Positions 9,513 through 13,335 of a stretch of 13,335 nucleotides of DNA are shown piece by piece. The translations under genes and the position numbers were made by a program. A model generated the notes under the pieces. That model saw only the letters and a program-made list of their open reading frames with translations, had not been told where the DNA came from and made no database searches. Source of the DNA: Octopus sinensis. Taxonomy: Eukaryota. The stretch lies in contig NW_021826173.1 in NCBI RefSeq assembly GCF_006345805.1, forward strand, positions 1 to 13,335, given 5' to 3'. Positions within the stretch are counted from its first letter, which is position 1, and every line of letters starts with the position of its first letter.

Positions 9513-9670
9513 CATATGTATGTATATAAATGCATATATGCATATAAATGTATATTTATATATGTATGTATATATACATATATATTATATATATATATAT
9601 ATATATAAATATATATATGCATATAGACACATATATATAGGTTATATCTATGTGTGTATATAAAAAATAG
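9478..9670. repeat. Compound (CA)n/(TA)n microsatellite
   Basis: Direct reading. Confidence 0.9.
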
Positions 9671-9809
9671 TGTACATTTAAACACAAGAGAAGTGACCTT
9701 TAACAGGCAGCTTTACACGCTAGAAGAAGCAGTCAAAACTACCAAAACCACATTTAAGAACAATTTCGAAGGGAATGAAAAATAAAACAGCTTGTTATTT
9801 TTTTACGGT

Positions 9810-9901
9810 TACTCACTGGGGTCGATGAATCAACTTAATCCCTTTGTCTGTCCTTGTTTGTCTCCTCTGTGTTCATCCCCTTGTGGGCAATAAAGTAATA
9901 C
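9810..9901 (+). mobile_element. 3' fragment of SINE family A
   Basis: cactggggtcgat..tttgtctgtccttgtttgtctcctctgtg..ccccttgtgggcaataaag followed by a TA-rich tail. Confidence 0.8.
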
Positions 9902-9916
9902 ATATATATACATGGA

Positions 9917-10564
9917 CGTAGCCAGCCCACTTATGCATGCCTTTCCTTCTTGTGACACAAACCCTACTTGTGAAGACCTGTTGAGGCAAGTGAAAATCAA
10001 AATCGAAATCTTTCAACATCAATGGAAATTGTAGCTGAGATACCAGTGCTGGTGGCATGTAAGAGAACCATCCGAACGTGGCCGTTGCCAGCGCCGCCCT
10101 GACTGGCCTCCGTGTCGGTGGCACGTAAAAAGCACCATCCTATCGTGGCCGTTTGCCAGCCTCGTCTGGCACCTGTGAAGGTGGCACATAAAAAGCACCA
10201 TCCTATCGTGGCCGTTTGCCAGCCTCGTCTGGCACCTGTGCTGGTGGCACGTAAAAAGCACCATCCTATCGTGGCCGTTTGCCAGCCTCGTCTGGCACCT
10301 GTGCTGGTGGCACGTAAAAAGCACCATCCTATCGTGGCCGTTTGCCAGCCTCGTCTGGCACCTGTGAAGGTGGCACATAAAAAGCACCCACTACACTCTC
10401 GGAGTGGTTGGTGTTAGGAAGGGCATCCAGCTGTAGAAACACTGCCAGATCAGACTGGAGCCTGGTGCAGCCTTCTGGATTCCCAGACCCCAGTTGAACA
10501 GTCCAACCCATGCCAGCATGGAAAGCGGACATTAAACGATGATGATGATGATGATGATGATGAT
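9917..10564 (+). mobile_element. Non-LTR retroelement 3' portion, copy 2, with a 63-bp internal tandem repeat and (GAT)n tail
   Basis: Homologous to 2201-2842. Four 63-bp units start at 10141, 10204, 10267 and 10330. The (GAT)n tail is at ~10538-10564. Confidence 0.75.
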
Positions 10565-10630
10565 ATTTTGAATAAGCACCTGACTACACCAGGTGATTCT
10601 TTGAAATCATTGTCTGTCAATAAAGTTAAA

Positions 10631-11043
10631 TACACACACACACACACACACACACACAACACACACATGCATATATATAATGTATATGTGAATGTGTGTG
10701 TGTGTCTGTGTGTGTATTCAGTGCAGAGATTAAGATAAATTCAATAACACTCAATGCACAAAGCTAGTGTAAATAATATATATATAATCAAATATATATA
10801 TGTGGGTAACAAGGTGTGCCTGTGTTTATATTTATATAGCATTAATATAAACACACACATATATACATATATACATACATATATATATTATATAAACATG
10901 CACACACATGCATGCATATACACGCGCACACACACACACATAAACACTCAATTATGCGTTGACAAATGATTGAGATATATGTTGTCATATGTAGGTATAT
11001 GTATACATGTGTGTGTGTGTGTGCATTCATATCTACATACACA

Positions 11044-11086
<43 letters not shown>

Positions 11087-11171
11087 TACACATATGTATG
11101 TATGTTAATATATGGTAATATATGTGTATAATACATATGTTTATTTATATTCATATAAATAATATATATAT
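10631..11171. repeat. Compound (CA)n/(GT)n/(TA)n low-complexity region
   Basis: Direct reading. Confidence 0.85.
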
Positions 11172-11397
11172 AACGTAAAGTGTACTAGCCATCTGAATGT
11201 GGCTAGCCACTGGGGGTGGGTGTTACTGACGCTTTGCTTTTAGCCCCAGGAGATCGTCGTCTCCAGCTGGCTTTAGACACAATTTCTGTGCCCTTTTGAT
11301 ATTTGCAAAGGGAGGTCATCCCCTCTTGAAAACCTAAGTGATACATACAGACTATAGTTTCGAGGTTTTTGCCTCTCGTCAACGTATGGTAAACACC

Positions 11398-11399
<2 letters not shown>
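11172..11399 (-). mobile_element. ~230-bp element flanked by (TA)n on both sides and carrying a hammerhead motif (Penelope-like pLTR/retrozyme-like)
   Basis: Complex sequence bounded by TA tracts at ~11160-11171 and 11400-11431. It contains the motif at 11344-11388. Confidence 0.55.
11344..11388 (-). ncRNA. Minimal type I hammerhead ribozyme (core UUGACGA, GUC cleavage site)
   Basis: - strand: catacg-TTGACGA-gagg(caaaaa)cctc-GAAA-ctatag-TC|tgtatg. Stem I is 6 bp (one G-U), stem II is 4 bp with the canonical G10.1-C11.1 pair, and stem III is the palindrome ACUAUAGU. Predicted cleavage is between 11350 and 11349. Confidence 0.75.
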
Positions 11400-11431
<32 letters not shown>

Positions 11432-11433
<2 letters not shown>

Positions 11434-11588
11434 TAAACAGTAAAAATAATTACAGACATGGACAGAACATGAAACACCACAGAGACGACACAAGAACCAC
11501 AGGACGGGACATTCGAGACCCTCAGTCATCAGTCAAGAACCGATCATCATCTTAGCAATTTCGGCTGATTAATCTTGAGATTGCTCCG
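11432..11588 (-). other. ~157-bp element between (TA)n tracts with a permuted hammerhead-like motif
   Basis: - strand: AGCAAT-C-TCAAGA-ttaa-TCAGCC-GAA-ATTGCT-(15 nt)-TCTTGA-CTGATGA-CTGA. Confidence 0.45.
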
Positions 11589-11603
11589 ATATATATATAT
11601 ATA

Positions 11604-11826
11604 TTTCTTTATTGCCCAGAAGGGGCTAAACATAGAGGGGACAAACAAGGACAAGGATTAAGTTGATTACATTGACCACAGTGCATAACTGGTACTTTAT
11701 TTATCGACCCCGAAAGGACGAAAGGCAAAGTTAACCTGTGGCGGAATTTGAACTCAGAAAGTAACGGCAGGCAAAGTACTGCTAAGCATTTTGCCCAGTG
11801 TGCTAACGTTTTCTGCCAGCATGCCG

Positions 11827-11828
<2 letters not shown>
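11604..11828 (-). mobile_element. Full-length SINE family A copy embedded in (TA)n
   Basis: Complete head to tail, with TA tracts at 11589-11604 and 11830-11903. Confidence 0.88.
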
Positions 11829-11829
<1 letters not shown>

Positions 11830-11907
<78 letters not shown>

Positions 11908-12352
11908 TATATATACATATATATATATATAATATATATATACATATATATATACATATATGTATACACATAATATACACATGTATATACTATATATATA
12001 TCATACATATATTATATATTATATATATATATATTATATATTATATATAGATAGGTAGATAGGTAGATAGATATATTTGTGTGTGTACATTATACACACA
12101 TGCACACATATATGCACACGCATTTAATTAACAGGAATAAAAATTTAACTTACACACACACACACATACACAAACATACATACACACACACTCACATGCA
12201 AATGTAATGTGTGTATGAGTATGTATGTGTGTATCTTTGAGAGTATGCATCTGTGTTTGAGAAAATGCATGTGTGTATATATATATATGTATGTGTGTGT
12301 GTGAGTGGGTGCATGCATACTGTTCACGTATGCACATTGCACATGCACACAA
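11830..12352. repeat. Compound (TA)n, (TAGA/TAGG)n and (CA)n/(GT)n microsatellites
   Basis: Direct reading, including a long pure (AT)n run at ~11831-11902. Confidence 0.9.
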
Positions 12353-12562
12353 TTTACGTTACAGTCTAATTGCTTTTATTTAACACTTGAACGTAGAATA
12401 GCAGTTCCTTAGCAATGAGGTTACTATGACAACGACTCCCCACCCCACTGTCAAACAAGTTTACCTCCTTGGCAACGGAAGGTGCTTCCAGTTACCAACA
12501 GGACCCAACTCCAACTACCTCGGTATTTCCGCGTTTAGTGTCAACGAATCATTGATTATAAA

Positions 12563-12784
12563 TTGTGTGTATATGTGTATGTATGCGAGTATGTATGTGT
12601 GTATGTATCTAAGTAGAGTGCATGTACTTATGAGTACGTGTGTGAGAAAATGTGTATACATATATATATATATATAATGTATGTATGTATATATATATGT
12701 ATATATATAATATATATATATATAAATATGATATATATATATGATATATATAATATAGATATATATATATATATATATGTATAT

Positions 12785-12849
<65 letters not shown>

Positions 12850-12850
12850 G

Positions 12851-12881
<31 letters not shown>

Positions 12882-12952
12882 GTATATATATATTAAATAT
12901 ATATGTAATATATATAAGTATATATATATATATATATTATATATATATATAT

Positions 12953-13000
<48 letters not shown>

Positions 13001-13038
13001 TATATATATATATATGTAATATATATATAATATATGTT

Positions 13039-13072
<34 letters not shown>

Positions 13073-13100
13073 TATGTATATAGATGTATATATATATATA

Positions 13101-13140
<40 letters not shown>

Positions 13141-13235
13141 CTGTATATATAATCTATATATACATATATATATATATTATATATATATATCTATATATAT
13201 GTATATATATATATGTATATATATATGTATATATA
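12563..13235. repeat. Degenerate (GT)n/(GTAT)n followed by ~580 bp of degenerate (TA)n
   Basis: Direct reading. It is the source of the YI-repeat ORFs. Confidence 0.93.
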
Positions 13236-13335
13236 GTTAATCCAAACAAGAAAGCACAAAAAAAAACAACAACGCGAGGACGTAGAACAAATATAGTATT
13301 ATTGGACACTCAGGAAAGAAGGAAATGAGGAGGGG

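Noticed and set aside
10073-10140. HDV-like, twister or pistol ribozyme in the subrepeat
   Set aside because: I could not map the required nested double pseudoknot or conserved catalytic residues. Only a hairpin and a simple pseudoknot are supportable.
10019-10417. 21-aa repeat proteins on both strands
   Set aside because: A by-product of the 63-bp unit length inside a retroelement; no coding evidence.
11500-11532. Conventional local type I hammerhead CUGAUGA-cu-GAG(ggu)CUC-GAAU on the - strand
   Set aside because: GAAU instead of GAAA, two extra nucleotides, and no downstream stem I/III partner. The permuted pairing explains the flanks better.

Overview
Eukaryotic, AT-rich, repeat-saturated non-coding DNA with no intact protein-coding gene. 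Almost all long ORFs in the track are microsatellite translations. The repeat families resemble those of octopus/cephalopod genomes (recognition from memory, not a database result). Contents: large (CAT)n, (ACAT)n and (TA)n microsatellites; a tRNA-derived SINE in single copies and tandem multimers; a second tRNA-SINE split by a solo LTR, itself split by a piggyBac-type MITE trimer; a second solo LTR; Helentron/Helitron-like remnants; a decayed DD37D (maT-type) transposase interrupted by a minisatellite; and two copies of a non-LTR 3' element with internal subrepeats. The main signal is three unrelated short elements embedded in (TA)n tracts, each carrying a hammerhead-ribozyme core. They are a four-copy array of minimal type I motifs (4709-5426, +), a well-formed minimal type I motif (11344-11388, -), and a motif with all hammerhead parts in a non-standard, fully pseudoknotted order (11520-11585, -). 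None has been tested for cleavage.
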